37,474 bases of DNA from an uncultured Candidatus Moduliflexus sp. (GCA_964602655.1 CAZRSF010000004.1:1-37474), one strand, 5' to 3'; shown: positions 8,094-18,025, counted from the first letter of the stretch. The notes: generated by a model not told the origin, from the sequence alone. Numbers and translations are program-made.

Positions 8094-9218
8094 TTACCTC
8101 TTTCCACCTGCTTCGCTGTAAACATGCAGCAATTCGCGGGCGGCGCGTTCCCAGGAAAAACACTGAGCTTGCGCGTACCCTTTTTCTTGAAGTGACCGAT
8201 AGAGATTGGCGTCAGTCAAGACAGAGCGCATGGCGTCTGCCATCTCGCGGATATTCAGCGGATCAACGAGAATGGCGGCGTCTCCGACCACTTCCGGCAG
8301 CGAGGCCGCATTCGAACAAATCACCGGCACGCCGCAGGCCATCGCCTCTAATGGCGGCAGGCCGAAGCCTTCATATAACGAGGGAAAGACAAATAACGAT
8401 GCGCCGCGATAGAGATCGAATAAGCCGTCGTCTTCGACGAAATCGGTAAAAATTATTCGACCGCCGGGGTCTAAACGGGCGGCAAGATCATATAACTCGT
8501 GGCGCCGCGAGTCGCGTTTCCCGGCAATCACAAGCTGCGTCTGCTGATAGACCTCCTGATGCGTCATAAACGCCTGCGCCAATGTGGTAATATTTTTGTA
8601 GCCGTGATGCTTGCCAACGTAAAAACTATACCGTCCTTCGATGCCGTAGCGGCGTTTCAAGGCCATCTCACGCGAGTCATGCGTGTTTGCCTGTTCTGGT
8701 TGCTGGCATTGCTCATCCGCGCCATTGGGAATGACGTAAATGTTGTCTGGCGACACATGAAAAAAACGAGTCAGGTCTTTTCGAGAATGCTCCGAAACGG
8801 TGAGGATCGCTCTGGCGTACTTCGCCGCATAACCGAGCATGTATTGCGCGTAATAATGGGCAATTTTCGATGGGCATTCTTCGGGATAGAGATAATAGAT
8901 CAAATCGTGAATCGTCACAACATACGGGCAAGAAGGTATCATCGGCACATTGAAATTGGGGTAGTGCATCAAATCGATCTGTTGTTTGCGAATTTCTATT
9001 GGAAGGCGATATTGTTCCTTGATCGAATAAATCGGCGTCCAGGCTGGCAGATGCACCGGAATGAAATTGTCCTGCTGTATTGGAAGCATTTCCCCAGGCT
9101 GCAAAAACAGCACATAGTCATGCGGCGCATCAATGTGTGCCAAATGAATCAGCAGGTTTCGCAAATACCGTCCAATGCCGGTATTCCCAAGCATGCGCGC
9201 GTCAATTCCGATTCGCAT
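8094..9218 (-). CDS. Glycosyltransferase family 4
   Basis: Start chosen at MRIGIDARML (9218), the typical GT4 N-terminus. The ORF-track start at 9236 (MGKNEC) is an alternative. Carries the motif FPSLYEGFGLPPLEAMACGVPVICSNAASLPEVVGDAA. Paralog of the 16892-18025 gene. Confidence 0.8.
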   Translation of the reverse strand: MRIGIDARMLGNTGIGRYLRNLLIHLAHIDAPHDYVLFLQPGEMLPIQQDNFIPVHLPAWTPIYSIKEQYRLPIEIRKQQIDLMHYPNFNVPMIPSCPYVVTIHDLIYYLYPEECPSKIAHYYAQYMLGYAAKYARAILTVSEHSRKDLTRFFHVSPDNIYVIPNGADEQCQQPEQANTHDSREMALKRRYGIEGRYSFYVGKHHGYKNITTLAQAFMTHQEVYQQTQLVIAGKRDSRRHELYDLAARLDPGGRIIFTDFVEDDGLFDLYRGASLFVFPSLYEGFGLPPLEAMACGVPVICSNAASLPEVVGDAAILVDPLNIREMADAMRSVLTDANLYRSLQEKGYAQAQCFSWERAARELLHVYSEAGGKR

Positions 9219-10470
9219 ACATTCGTTTTTTCCCATAAGAAAACAGAGAGACTAACGCGGCAGCAGCGTAAATAATCACAAACGGAATCAGCGGAGCGCG
9301 AAAACGCGGCATGGAGGTAAAAAATATCGGAATCAGCATGGAACTGCCTAACAGAACGTAAATCAGAATATGCTGTTTCCAGCATATATACGAACCGAGA
9401 AGACCACATATCCCGAAAATTGCAATGCCTGTCCAGGCGATTCGATCCGCTGGATGCGGATAGGGACTCCAGAAAATTTTCAACTTCCTCCACACCAAAT
9501 TGGCGAATTGATCAGGATGTCCAAACATAAATTGTTTCGCCAACTGCGCAGCGCGTTCGTCTCTGGCTTTGACATCGGTCAAGGCGAGATCGGAAAATGG
9601 CTGATACGCTTCTGCCGGCGGCGTCCAGCCATTCGCCTGACCGCGTTCCAATAGCGTCAAATTATAATCGGTCGAAGGGCTATTGCCAAGATACATCGTC
9701 CAGCCGCCGTTGGAATTGACCAGCAGAAATGCGCCCGTGACGCGGTAATTCCGGTATGTCCAGGGGAGAATCACGCATGCCGCGACAAGACCGATGATCA
9801 TCAGCAATGCCGCGCCTTTTACCGGTGTTCGCCAATAGCGCATGATCACCCATAGCACGACACAACTCGCCATCGTGATATTTGACGCTTTGTTCAGCAT
9901 GAGCAAGCCGAAGGCGGCTCCGAGACCAGCGGCGTGCCAATAGATATGTTTTTCAGTTTCAGACAGGAGGAATGTCATGACGAGCAGCGTCAAAAAAATC
10001 GAAAGCCCTTCCGTCAGCGGCACATGGACTAAAAGTAAGAAAAACGGATAGCAACAACTGATGACGCCAGCCGCGATGCCAACCCGCTTTCCATATAAAT
10101 GCTCTCCGACCAGATAGGTCAAGCCGCAAGAAAACGCGCTGATAATTGCCAGCCCTATGCGCCCCCAAAATAGCTTGACGCCGAACAGAGCATACCACAG
10201 CGCAAGATACAACGGCGTGAGCGGCGGGCGGAATGTGCCGGGGATATTCGGATCATACGGAGGATCGATGGTGCTGGCGAAGAGATGCCGCTCGACCAGA
10301 TTTTTTGCGATCTGGTGATAGGACTCGGCATCAACGGAGAGGCTCTGGGGTCTATTTAAGGAAGGGCTGATGACAAAAATAAAGAGCATTCTGACCAAAA
10401 ATGCAATTCCAATCGTACTGATACAAACAATAATGCGTTGCTCAGGAATTCTGCTCTGGGTTATTTGCAT
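9202..10470 (-). CDS. GT-C fold membrane glycosyltransferase (ArnT / PMT / GT39-GT83-like)
   Basis: Polytopic membrane protein with a PMT_2/ArnT-like N-terminal region (first loop with an acidic DxE-like motif SVDAESYHQIAKNL). About 11 predicted transmembrane helices. Confidence 0.65.
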   Translation of the reverse strand: MQITQSRIPEQRIIVCISTIGIAFLVRMLFIFVISPSLNRPQSLSVDAESYHQIAKNLVERHLFASTIDPPYDPNIPGTFRPPLTPLYLALWYALFGVKLFWGRIGLAIISAFSCGLTYLVGEHLYGKRVGIAAGVISCCYPFFLLLVHVPLTEGLSIFLTLLVMTFLLSETEKHIYWHAAGLGAAFGLLMLNKASNITMASCVVLWVIMRYWRTPVKGAALLMIIGLVAACVILPWTYRNYRVTGAFLLVNSNGGWTMYLGNSPSTDYNLTLLERGQANGWTPPAEAYQPFSDLALTDVKARDERAAQLAKQFMFGHPDQFANLVWRKLKIFWSPYPHPADRIAWTGIAIFGICGLLGSYICWKQHILIYVLLGSSMLIPIFFTSMPRFRAPLIPFVIIYAAAALVSLFSYGKKRMYANRN

Positions 10471-10520
10471 AATGGCAAGAAAGGAGATTTGCAGAAAATA
10501 TAAACGTCTTCATCTCTCTT

Positions 10521-12053
10521 TCATGTTTCAGATCGGAGTTGCTTTTTTATACTACTCTCTTGTGAACCAATCATACCAATGCTCATAGTCAATCCTGCCA
10601 AAAACCAAAAATTCGGGGCTAATGGAGGAAAGAGCCAGAGCACATCGGCAATATTATGCACTAACGAAGCGATAAGTCCGGCAATGCCGCCATTCATTAA
10701 ACCTTGCAAACGAATATCGCTTATGCCGGCTCGCCATTTCATCAGGGTCATGAATAATTTTCCTAATGTCCATAACAATATAAGAAAGCCGACGATACCG
10801 AGTTTGACAAACAGATACACATACAAATTATCAACGACAAGGTCTGCACCCATTCCAATCCCGAATAATTTCCGAAAAAAGGGGAGCTTATTAAACATTT
10901 TTATTGCAGATTCGACACGTTGCAAACGTCCGGCGCTGAATTGATCCGGATCCGTTGCCAAACGACGAAAATTGTACCGCGCAAATTCCGGACGATCTGC
11001 GTTTTGATTGATAAACACAAAGAGGCTGATACCAAAAATAAGCGCGATTGCAAGCGTTTGAATTTTAATTTTTTTGCCAAAGATCGCTAATATCAGAATG
11101 CCAATAACTCCACCCAACAAGGCCCCGCGTGAATAGGTGAGGAATAATGCGTACCAGATACCGATAAATACGAGCAAAAGTATTATTTTTTTCCAACGAC
11201 TCTGCATGGCAAGAATGATTCCACCTAAAAACGGCAGGAACATCGCTAAATGGCCTCCAAAAATATTACCATTTTGAAACGTGGAATACAACTTTTGGCG
11301 ATTTCCTTCGATATAATTCCAACGCCCGCCGAATTCCGCATATCGAATCATGTTATATTGTTCAGTGATTCCTGGTACAGCGACATTTTCGAATCCTCGA
11401 CGTAATTGTAACGCGCCATAAAGACACACCAACACAAGAGAGATGATCAATACGAACAACAAAGCTCTCAGTCGAAAATGATTTTTCATCACCGTACATG
11501 TAAGGAAATAGACGGGAACAAATCCGAAAAACGCAGCAAATTCGATAAGAATCACTTTCGGAGGATTGTGATACATCAGACTGATTCCTGAATTTATCAC
11601 TCCAGAGAGCATAAAAACAAGCAACACACGAAATAGTGGCGTTTGAGTGGCGAGATGTTTAGAAAATAGCAAGCTGAGAGACCATAGGATAAGGGAGAAT
11701 AGTATCAGAATATTGGCAGACGTGAAGGGAACGCCAGAGATCGTTCTTCCAGACTTCGGGATCGTCACAGAAACGAAAAACGAGAGGAAAAAGAAAAGGA
11801 AGAGGAGGCGATGTTGAGAGGCTTGCGCGTCAGAATGAATAGAGATGGTATCTACGATAGATTGAGAACGGGAAAACGCATTGGCGTATAATATAACGGC
11901 GAATCCAGCAAATCCGGCGGCACCGATAAGCGTTGCTATCGGGGAAACTACAGTTGAAAGCAAGCCGATCCCTGTTCCTAAGATCAGGATACTGGTATAT
12001 TTCAAGAACTCTGGAGCGAGTTGGTTGGAAAAATTTCCTTGTGGTCTCATCAT
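10521..12053 (-). CDS. O-antigen ligase / Wzy-like polysaccharide polymerase family membrane protein
   Basis: 510-aa polytopic membrane protein with a large periplasmic loop, topology typical of the Wzy_C / O-antigen ligase family. The gene is AT-rich. Confidence 0.6.
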   Translation of the reverse strand: MMRPQGNFSNQLAPEFLKYTSILILGTGIGLLSTVVSPIATLIGAAGFAGFAVILYANAFSRSQSIVDTISIHSDAQASQHRLLFLFFFLSFFVSVTIPKSGRTISGVPFTSANILILFSLILWSLSLLFSKHLATQTPLFRVLLVFMLSGVINSGISLMYHNPPKVILIEFAAFFGFVPVYFLTCTVMKNHFRLRALLFVLIISLVLVCLYGALQLRRGFENVAVPGITEQYNMIRYAEFGGRWNYIEGNRQKLYSTFQNGNIFGGHLAMFLPFLGGIILAMQSRWKKIILLLVFIGIWYALFLTYSRGALLGGVIGILILAIFGKKIKIQTLAIALIFGISLFVFINQNADRPEFARYNFRRLATDPDQFSAGRLQRVESAIKMFNKLPFFRKLFGIGMGADLVVDNLYVYLFVKLGIVGFLILLWTLGKLFMTLMKWRAGISDIRLQGLMNGGIAGLIASLVHNIADVLWLFPPLAPNFWFLAGLTMSIGMIGSQESSIKKQLRSET

Positions 12054-12066
12054 TCGCCTCTTTTAC

Positions 12067-13158
12067 TCATTTCATTTCCTTCGACACCTGTTGCGTCAGG
12101 CTTTTTATAGACGTCATCAGTTCTTCTGTCGCTTTCTCATGACCAGCAACGTTCCAATGCCCATCATGCTGAAAATGATATTGCATCGGATTGCCGCCGG
12201 CCTCAAACACCGGACGTAAATCCACAACAGTAAAACCGTATCCACGCAGCAATGTGACAAAACGTTCGTGCATTTTCCTCTCGACCTCCTGATTATCGCC
12301 AAGCCACAGGGCACGGGAGGGAATTAATACCAGAAACATTTCAGAAATAGCATATTTTTGCCGCAATGCAAGCAATTTTTCGCAAGATTTATCAAGAATC
12401 TCTTCTGAATAGGTCAAACGAGAGATTGCGTCCGTATAATCATCAATGATGCCGTATCGCACGGCAATCGTATTTAGAAGCGGGTTTTGGTGGAACAGGC
12501 CAATCACAACGTTATACAACGCTAATTGCCGTCCTAAAAAAATTTTTAGTCGGAAAAATACGCCACGATGAATTTTATCATAGTATGGGGTGGAATCCGA
12601 AGACGCGTTTAATGGCGGTGAGCTGGTCTCAATCGGGGAATTCTGTGGTTGATTCATATAATCTTTCAGGTCATTTTCCATACATATTCCGACAACCAGC
12701 CGCTTAATCGTCGCGCCATGCTCAATGGCATATCGCACCAATTTTTCATAGCCATTAAAATCCGTTGGAATGCTGATATTATAAACTGGTTCGCCTAACC
12801 TGGCTTCTAATATATTCGAGTAACGCTGCTCTTCTTCCACGCCATGCCCGTAGCTGAACGAATCGCCGACAACGAACAGATCATCGGCGGTCGAATGTTT
12901 CAAATCTTTGACATCTCGCAGACCATATTGATTGAATCGTACCGTGACATTAAAATCGCCGGCTTTCATCCAATGATGGAATTCCGAATTTTCCTGTCCT
13001 AACAGCACCCCGTCCTTATTGAAATAAAATTTAACCATTGAGGACGGATCATAGACCGGAAACAACCATCGAACAGCAAATTCAAGGAAGAGAAACGATA
13101 GCCCCGCGGAAAACGTAAACAGCGCAAGATTCTTCGCAATTTTTTTAAGCAATTTCAT
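12067..13158 (-). CDS. Membrane-anchored SGNH/GDSL-type hydrolase or glycan O-acyltransferase-like protein (AlgX/AlgJ-like)
   Basis: Start re-picked at MKLLKKIAKNLALF (ATG 13158) to avoid a 150-bp overlap with the upstream GT4. N-terminal transmembrane anchor. Block-I GDS motif LFVVGDSFSYGHGVE. AT-rich gene. Confidence 0.55.
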   Translation of the reverse strand: MKLLKKIAKNLALFTFSAGLSFLFLEFAVRWLFPVYDPSSMVKFYFNKDGVLLGQENSEFHHWMKAGDFNVTVRFNQYGLRDVKDLKHSTADDLFVVGDSFSYGHGVEEEQRYSNILEARLGEPVYNISIPTDFNGYEKLVRYAIEHGATIKRLVVGICMENDLKDYMNQPQNSPIETSSPPLNASSDSTPYYDKIHRGVFFRLKIFLGRQLALYNVVIGLFHQNPLLNTIAVRYGIIDDYTDAISRLTYSEEILDKSCEKLLALRQKYAISEMFLVLIPSRALWLGDNQEVERKMHERFVTLLRGYGFTVVDLRPVFEAGGNPMQYHFQHDGHWNVAGHEKATEELMTSIKSLTQQVSKEMK

Positions 13159-13166
13159 CGTATTTT

Positions 13167-14270
13167 TCACCGCGCAATTAAGGGGGTATACATCTCCAAA
13201 AGGCGTTCTGACATTATCGCGACAGAATATGATTCCATTACACGCTTTCGACCCGCTGCTCCAAGACGTTCGCATTCCTGAGGCGAGAAAAGCAGTGCGT
13301 TGATGTGAGCAAGGCATGCCTGAAGATCATGTTCCGGGAAAATTCTCCCGGCCTCGCCGATCACTTCAGGAATAGAGCCGGAATCCGAGCCAATAACTGG
13401 TACTTCACAACTCATCAATTCAATAACGGCTCTGCCGAATTGCTCTTTCCAGCGCGGCGTTGTTTGAGACGGCACAATTCCAATATCCATGCAATTCAAA
13501 TATGCTGGGAGCTTCTCATATTCAATATTCCCGGCTAAATGGACACGGTGCGCGACGCCCTGTTCGGCGACGCGCGTTCGAAATCCCTGTTCTGCCTCCC
13601 CGCTGCCAACCACCAACAGATGTGCTTGTTCAGGCAGAGATCGCATCATCTCCACTAACAGAAAAATACCTTTACTCTCTAATAATCTTCCACAATAGCC
13701 GATGACGAATTTTCCGTCAAGTCCTAATCGCGCTTTTAAATCGTCAACACAGAGCTTTCGAAACATCCTGTGATTCACGCCGAGCGGAAAGACTGTGATT
13801 GGTTTTGTCAAGCCTTCCTGTTGTAATGTGTCTTTGACACCGGAACTACAGACAAACGCCTGTTCCGCCTGTCGTATGACATACGCCATCGGCAGGCGAA
13901 ACAACGGATGAACATTGCCCGGAATATTTTCGGCAGAATAGACGAATATTCGGCTTTTCAGACCGCAAAGATTTCGAAATAGCACAGTCTGAAACGCAAT
14001 CATTCCGCTGATCTCTTCGAAGATATGGAGAATATCCGGTCGGATGACGCGAATATCATGGAGAAGACGCGGGGAAAAGCAGGCTCCACGAATATGCCAA
14101 GGGAAAAAAAGGCGCCGTTGAAAAATACTCGAATGTAGTGTGGGCTCTATCGTTTCAGTATCAGGAATAACTACTGAGCATTCGAATGCATGATTGTTAG
14201 CCTGCACATATCGTAAAAAATCAGTTACTTCACGAACAAAACTTTTCGTAATAATCAATACGCGCTTCAT
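13167..14270 (-). CDS. Glycosyltransferase family 4
   Basis: Motifs GYCGRLLESKGIFLLVE and IVPSQTTPRWKEQFGRAVIELMSCEVPVIGSDSGSIPEVI (EX7E-like). AT-rich gene. Confidence 0.8.
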   Translation of the reverse strand: MKRVLIITKSFVREVTDFLRYVQANNHAFECSVVIPDTETIEPTLHSSIFQRRLFFPWHIRGACFSPRLLHDIRVIRPDILHIFEEISGMIAFQTVLFRNLCGLKSRIFVYSAENIPGNVHPLFRLPMAYVIRQAEQAFVCSSGVKDTLQQEGLTKPITVFPLGVNHRMFRKLCVDDLKARLGLDGKFVIGYCGRLLESKGIFLLVEMMRSLPEQAHLLVVGSGEAEQGFRTRVAEQGVAHRVHLAGNIEYEKLPAYLNCMDIGIVPSQTTPRWKEQFGRAVIELMSCEVPVIGSDSGSIPEVIGEAGRIFPEHDLQACLAHINALLFSPQECERLGAAGRKRVMESYSVAIMSERLLEMYTPLIAR

Positions 14271-14279
14271 TTCGAAACG

Positions 14280-15158
14280 TTACCATGCAAAAATATGCGA
14301 ATCCTCTTCTTCCTTAATGGAATACCCCAATTTTTTTAAGAGCGCAACTAATTTGGGGTGTTGAGGCTGTTTTGACGCATCAAGATGATATGAGGAAATC
14401 GACCATTTGGGACGGTAGGCGCGGATAAGCTCTCTTGCGCCGAGTATGGCGGATTCTTCAGCGCCTTCGATGTCTATTTTGATAAAATCTACTCGTGCTA
14501 ATCGTAATGTCTCCATCAAATGGTCAAGCGTTGTCACCTCAACGGTTTGATAAAACGTATGATAATTTGTTGGGGCTTGAGGAATCATGCTCGAATTCAG
14601 ACAATAATCAGAAACACAGATGTCTGCTAAGCCTGGTTGATCGGCGACTGCACAGGGAACAACAGTGACATTGGCAATATTATTGGCAAGGAGATTTTTA
14701 TGGATCACAGTATGCGTGACGGGTTCGATAGCGACAATCTGCCCGCTTCGACCAATGTATTCGGAGAAATACAGCGTTGTTGTGCCAATATTAGCCCCCA
14801 CATCCAATACCGTGTCCCCCTCATTGATAAAGACATGACGCGAAAAAAATCGAGGCAGCACGAATGTTTCCGTAAGTACTTGGGTAATGCCCAGTAAAAA
14901 GAAATGAGGATCATGGATGATAAAATCGGGGGTGAAATACACTTTATATGGAGGAAGATCGAAATACTGTTCTCCATCTGGAGGAGTAACCAAACGTTTA
15001 TGCAAAAACCGGTCAACAATTCGGTCTCGGTAAATATACGCATGGCGGATGATTTCCAGCCGTTCTGCTACTGTAAGATATGGGTTGCCCCACAATAGTT
15101 GCAATCGCTGCCTGATCGTTCTGATAATTTTGTCGAGTGGTAAATTACAATTCCTCAT
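14280..15158 (-). CDS. FkbM-family SAM-dependent methyltransferase
   Basis: Motifs VLDVGANIGTTTLYFSEY ... IVAIEP ... FIKIDIEGAEESAILG are characteristic of Methyltransf_21 (FkbM). AT-rich gene. Confidence 0.8.
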   Translation of the reverse strand: MRNCNLPLDKIIRTIRQRLQLLWGNPYLTVAERLEIIRHAYIYRDRIVDRFLHKRLVTPPDGEQYFDLPPYKVYFTPDFIIHDPHFFLLGITQVLTETFVLPRFFSRHVFINEGDTVLDVGANIGTTTLYFSEYIGRSGQIVAIEPVTHTVIHKNLLANNIANVTVVPCAVADQPGLADICVSDYCLNSSMIPQAPTNYHTFYQTVEVTTLDHLMETLRLARVDFIKIDIEGAEESAILGARELIRAYRPKWSISSYHLDASKQPQHPKLVALLKKLGYSIKEEEDSHIFAW

Positions 15159-15179
15159 GTATTCAAATTCTCCGTTCTT

Positions 15180-16001
15180 TTACTGTACCAGTTGTTTCAA
15201 AAGGAGAATTCCGTGTATTGCCCAAGACGTTATGTTGCCATAATGCTTTCGATAAAACCGCCGCAAGCTGTCATCTCGCAACCGTTGCAGCCGTCGCGCC
15301 TGTTCCGGCGATTTCTGGCTGCTGCCGCGATTATGATGATAGACCGCGAGTTCGCCGAGATAATAGGTCGCCCAGCCTGCTCGCGCCGAGCGATAACACC
15401 AGTCAATATCTTCGGCGTACATAAAAAAATCTTCGTTTAATAGGCCGATCTGCACCATCGTTTCGCGGCGAATCATGAACACCGCACCGATCAAATAATC
15501 TACCGCAAAATTTGTTGTGACATCATGGCGCGTCATCCGACTTTTCCAACGCATTCGCCGCGACGGGCTGATTTTATCGCGCAGCATGTCGAGCGGCATT
15601 CTTGGAAAATCGTCGAACGACGCCTGCCACGATCCATCCGAATTCAAGAGGCGCGTTCCCGCAATACCGACCGTCGAATGCGCGTCGAGAAACGCGACCA
15701 TCTGCGCTATCGCGTTATCGCGCAACGCCGTATCGCTGTTCAACAGGAGTAGATACCGCGCCGAAGCCTGCCGCAACGCCTGATTATTCGCTTTGGAAAA
15801 CCCGACATTTTCCTGATTGCGAATCAGCCGCACTTGCGAAAACTGCTGCGCCACCATCTCCGCGCTGCCGTCGGACGAGCCGTTATCCACCACCCACACC
15901 TCGAACGTAATTTCTAATGTGTGCCGATAGACCGATTCAAGACACTGCCGCAGCAAGTCCCGCGTGTTCCAGTTGACGATAATCGCAGAAACGTCAATCA
16001 T
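15180..16001 (-). CDS. Glycosyltransferase family 2
   Basis: N-terminal VSAIIVNWNTRDLL ... VWVVDNGSSDGS and a DxD-like motif. 4-bp overlap with the upstream methyltransferase. Confidence 0.85.
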   Translation of the reverse strand: MIDVSAIIVNWNTRDLLRQCLESVYRHTLEITFEVWVVDNGSSDGSAEMVAQQFSQVRLIRNQENVGFSKANNQALRQASARYLLLLNSDTALRDNAIAQMVAFLDAHSTVGIAGTRLLNSDGSWQASFDDFPRMPLDMLRDKISPSRRMRWKSRMTRHDVTTNFAVDYLIGAVFMIRRETMVQIGLLNEDFFMYAEDIDWCYRSARAGWATYYLGELAVYHHNRGSSQKSPEQARRLQRLRDDSLRRFYRKHYGNITSWAIHGILLLKQLVQ

Positions 16002-16882
16002 GGTTTCGTTCCGATCATAAGCAACGTCCGGCCTGTCGGCAAATCCAATACCGGCTTTGTGGCGCGATATAAATGCGGAAAAATCAGCGCGTTATATCCG
16101 GCAATCAGCGCGGTAATCAGCGGAAAACAGCGATTGTAGAGCGGTTGCAGTTTGCCCAGCGTCCGAATGCCGATGACATCTTGAATCCCGGCGCGTCCTT
16201 GCAAAAAACCGTGATCGCGAATCATCCAGGGATGAATCAGATTGCAAAACGTTTTCACTTTCGGCGGATTCGAATAGCCGCGATAGGCGATACGCAGACC
16301 AGCCAGTTTCACTTCCTCGGTCAATTCGTCTAAATCGAATTCCCGCACATGCCCATACGCTTTTTCGCCATACACCGCTTCGTCGTCGTCTTTCTCATGC
16401 TCGTGAAGATGCTTGTTCGGCGTCGTGATAATCATGCTGCCGCCTGGTTTCAAGACTCGATGAATTTCGCGTAGCACGGCCTGATACTGTTCGAGATGCT
16501 CGATCACCTCGACAAACAAGGCAACATCAACAGAATTATCGCCAAACTGCGGCAGGCCGTTTTGCAAATCGTGATGAAAAAATTCGACATCGAGCGGCAG
16601 ATCGGGATGGCTCGCGCGGGTCTGCTTAGCATTTTCGCGGGCATGTCCGATTTCACGTTCGCGAATATCCAACCCGACCACGCGGAATCCGTTCAACGCA
16701 AATGTCAACGCTTTGATGCCAGGCCCGCAGCCGATGTCAAGCAGGGTTTTGCCCTTGCCGTCAGGGAAAAAGATGTCCATGACATCCCAGAATTGCGTTT
16801 CGCACGGGCATTTGATGCGTCCGCTGAATTCTCCTAATCGCGTAGGAGGAATCGCGTTCCATAACATATCTCGATAAGCCAT
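15998..16882 (-). CDS. Class I SAM-dependent methyltransferase
   Basis: Motif I LLDIGCGPGIKALTFALNGFRVVGLDI plus an acidic post-I motif. Rossmann-fold methyltransferase. Confidence 0.8.
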   Translation of the reverse strand: MAYRDMLWNAIPPTRLGEFSGRIKCPCETQFWDVMDIFFPDGKGKTLLDIGCGPGIKALTFALNGFRVVGLDIREREIGHARENAKQTRASHPDLPLDVEFFHHDLQNGLPQFGDNSVDVALFVEVIEHLEQYQAVLREIHRVLKPGGSMIITTPNKHLHEHEKDDDEAVYGEKAYGHVREFDLDELTEEVKLAGLRIAYRGYSNPPKVKTFCNLIHPWMIRDHGFLQGRAGIQDVIGIRTLGKLQPLYNRCFPLITALIAGYNALIFPHLYRATKPVLDLPTGRTLLMIGTKP

Positions 16883-16891
16883 AAAAATCCC

Positions 16892-18025
16892 TTATACGAT
16901 AGAAGTCAACACGTCAAGAGTTTTTTGCGCGCACAACTCCCAGGAAAACTGTTTGGCTCGCATCTGCCCCATTTCTCGGTAGGCTCGATGCAGGTCGCGA
17001 TCCGTCAATAATTGATGCAGCCGCTCCGCCATGTTGTCAACGCTGTACGGATCGAACAGCATCGCGGCATCCCCGGCGACCTCCGGCAGCGACGATGTAT
17101 TGGAGCAGGCCACCGGCACGCCGCACGCCATCGCCTCTAAGACCGGCATCCCGAAGCCTTCGTACAACGATGGCAGCGCAAAGACATCCGCGCCGTTAAT
17201 CAGCGCCGGCATATCCTGATCCGGCACGTAGCCTGTCCAGATCACCTCTTGCTGCAACGAGAGTCGCGTAATCGTGCCTAAAATTTCATCTTCCGGCAAA
17301 TCGCGATATTGCTGGCCGATCAGCACAAGTTTATGCGGGATGCGATGCCGTTGCTTCAACAGGTAAAACGCCTGGATCAAGCGCGGGATATTTTTCCGGC
17401 GCTGCAACGTGCCGATGCACAGGATAAACGGTTCGGGCAAACGATAGCGATTCAGCGTCGCCTGGACAACATCGCGTTCGAGCGGCTGAAAGCGCCTGTG
17501 GACGCCATGATGAACGGCGATGACCTTCTCCGGCGCGATATTGTAATAGGCTAACACATCCTGGCGTGTGGCTTCCGAAACCGTGATAATTTTGGCGGCG
17601 GCGCGGATACTGTGCTGCGTGGAACGCTTCAGCCAATAGCGCAGAGCCCGAGAAAAACAATCAGGGAAAAAGAGAAATGCGACATCGTGTATTGTCACCA
17701 CACTTTTTTTCGGCAAATACCAGAGCGGCATGGTGGACGTCGGGAAAAAATAGGCGTCTTGCGGATGCTTGATGAGTTCGAGCGGCAAACGAAGCTGCGC
17801 CCATAACAAAGGAAATTCGAGGACTCTCGCGGCGACTTCCGATGCGCCTGTCGGCGTGATGCCTAACGTGTTCAGCGGCGCGGGATCGGCGTGGCGCAGA
17901 TAGAGCGTGAACCGGTGTGCGGTGTCCGGCGCATTGATCATGGCTTGAATCAGATGGTACGCATAATAGCCCACGCCCGCTTTCTGTCCCGCTGCTGCGC
18001 CTGTCGCTTCGATGCCGATCTTCAT
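16892..18025 (-). CDS. Glycosyltransferase family 4
   Basis: MKIGIEATGA N-terminus. Motif FALPSLYEGFGMPVLEAMACGVPVACSNTSSLPEVAGDAA. Its ATG overlaps the stop of the upstream hybrid kinase (ATGA). Confidence 0.85.
   Translation of the reverse strand: MKIGIEATGAAAGQKAGVGYYAYHLIQAMINAPDTAHRFTLYLRHADPAPLNTLGITPTGASEVAARVLEFPLLWAQLRLPLELIKHPQDAYFFPTSTMPLWYLPKKSVVTIHDVAFLFFPDCFSRALRYWLKRSTQHSIRAAAKIITVSEATRQDVLAYYNIAPEKVIAVHHGVHRRFQPLERDVVQATLNRYRLPEPFILCIGTLQRRKNIPRLIQAFYLLKQRHRIPHKLVLIGQQYRDLPEDEILGTITRLSLQQEVIWTGYVPDQDMPALINGADVFALPSLYEGFGMPVLEAMACGVPVACSNTSSLPEVAGDAAMLFDPYSVDNMAERLHQLLTDRDLHRAYREMGQMRAKQFSWELCAQKTLDVLTSIV

Noticed and set aside
13159-13317. ORF-track N-terminal extension of the SGNH gene overlapping the upstream GT4 by 150 bp
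   Set aside because: The extension lacks a signal or transmembrane segment and an RBS. The internal ATG at 13158 yields a typical N-terminal transmembrane anchor and leaves an 8-bp intergenic gap.
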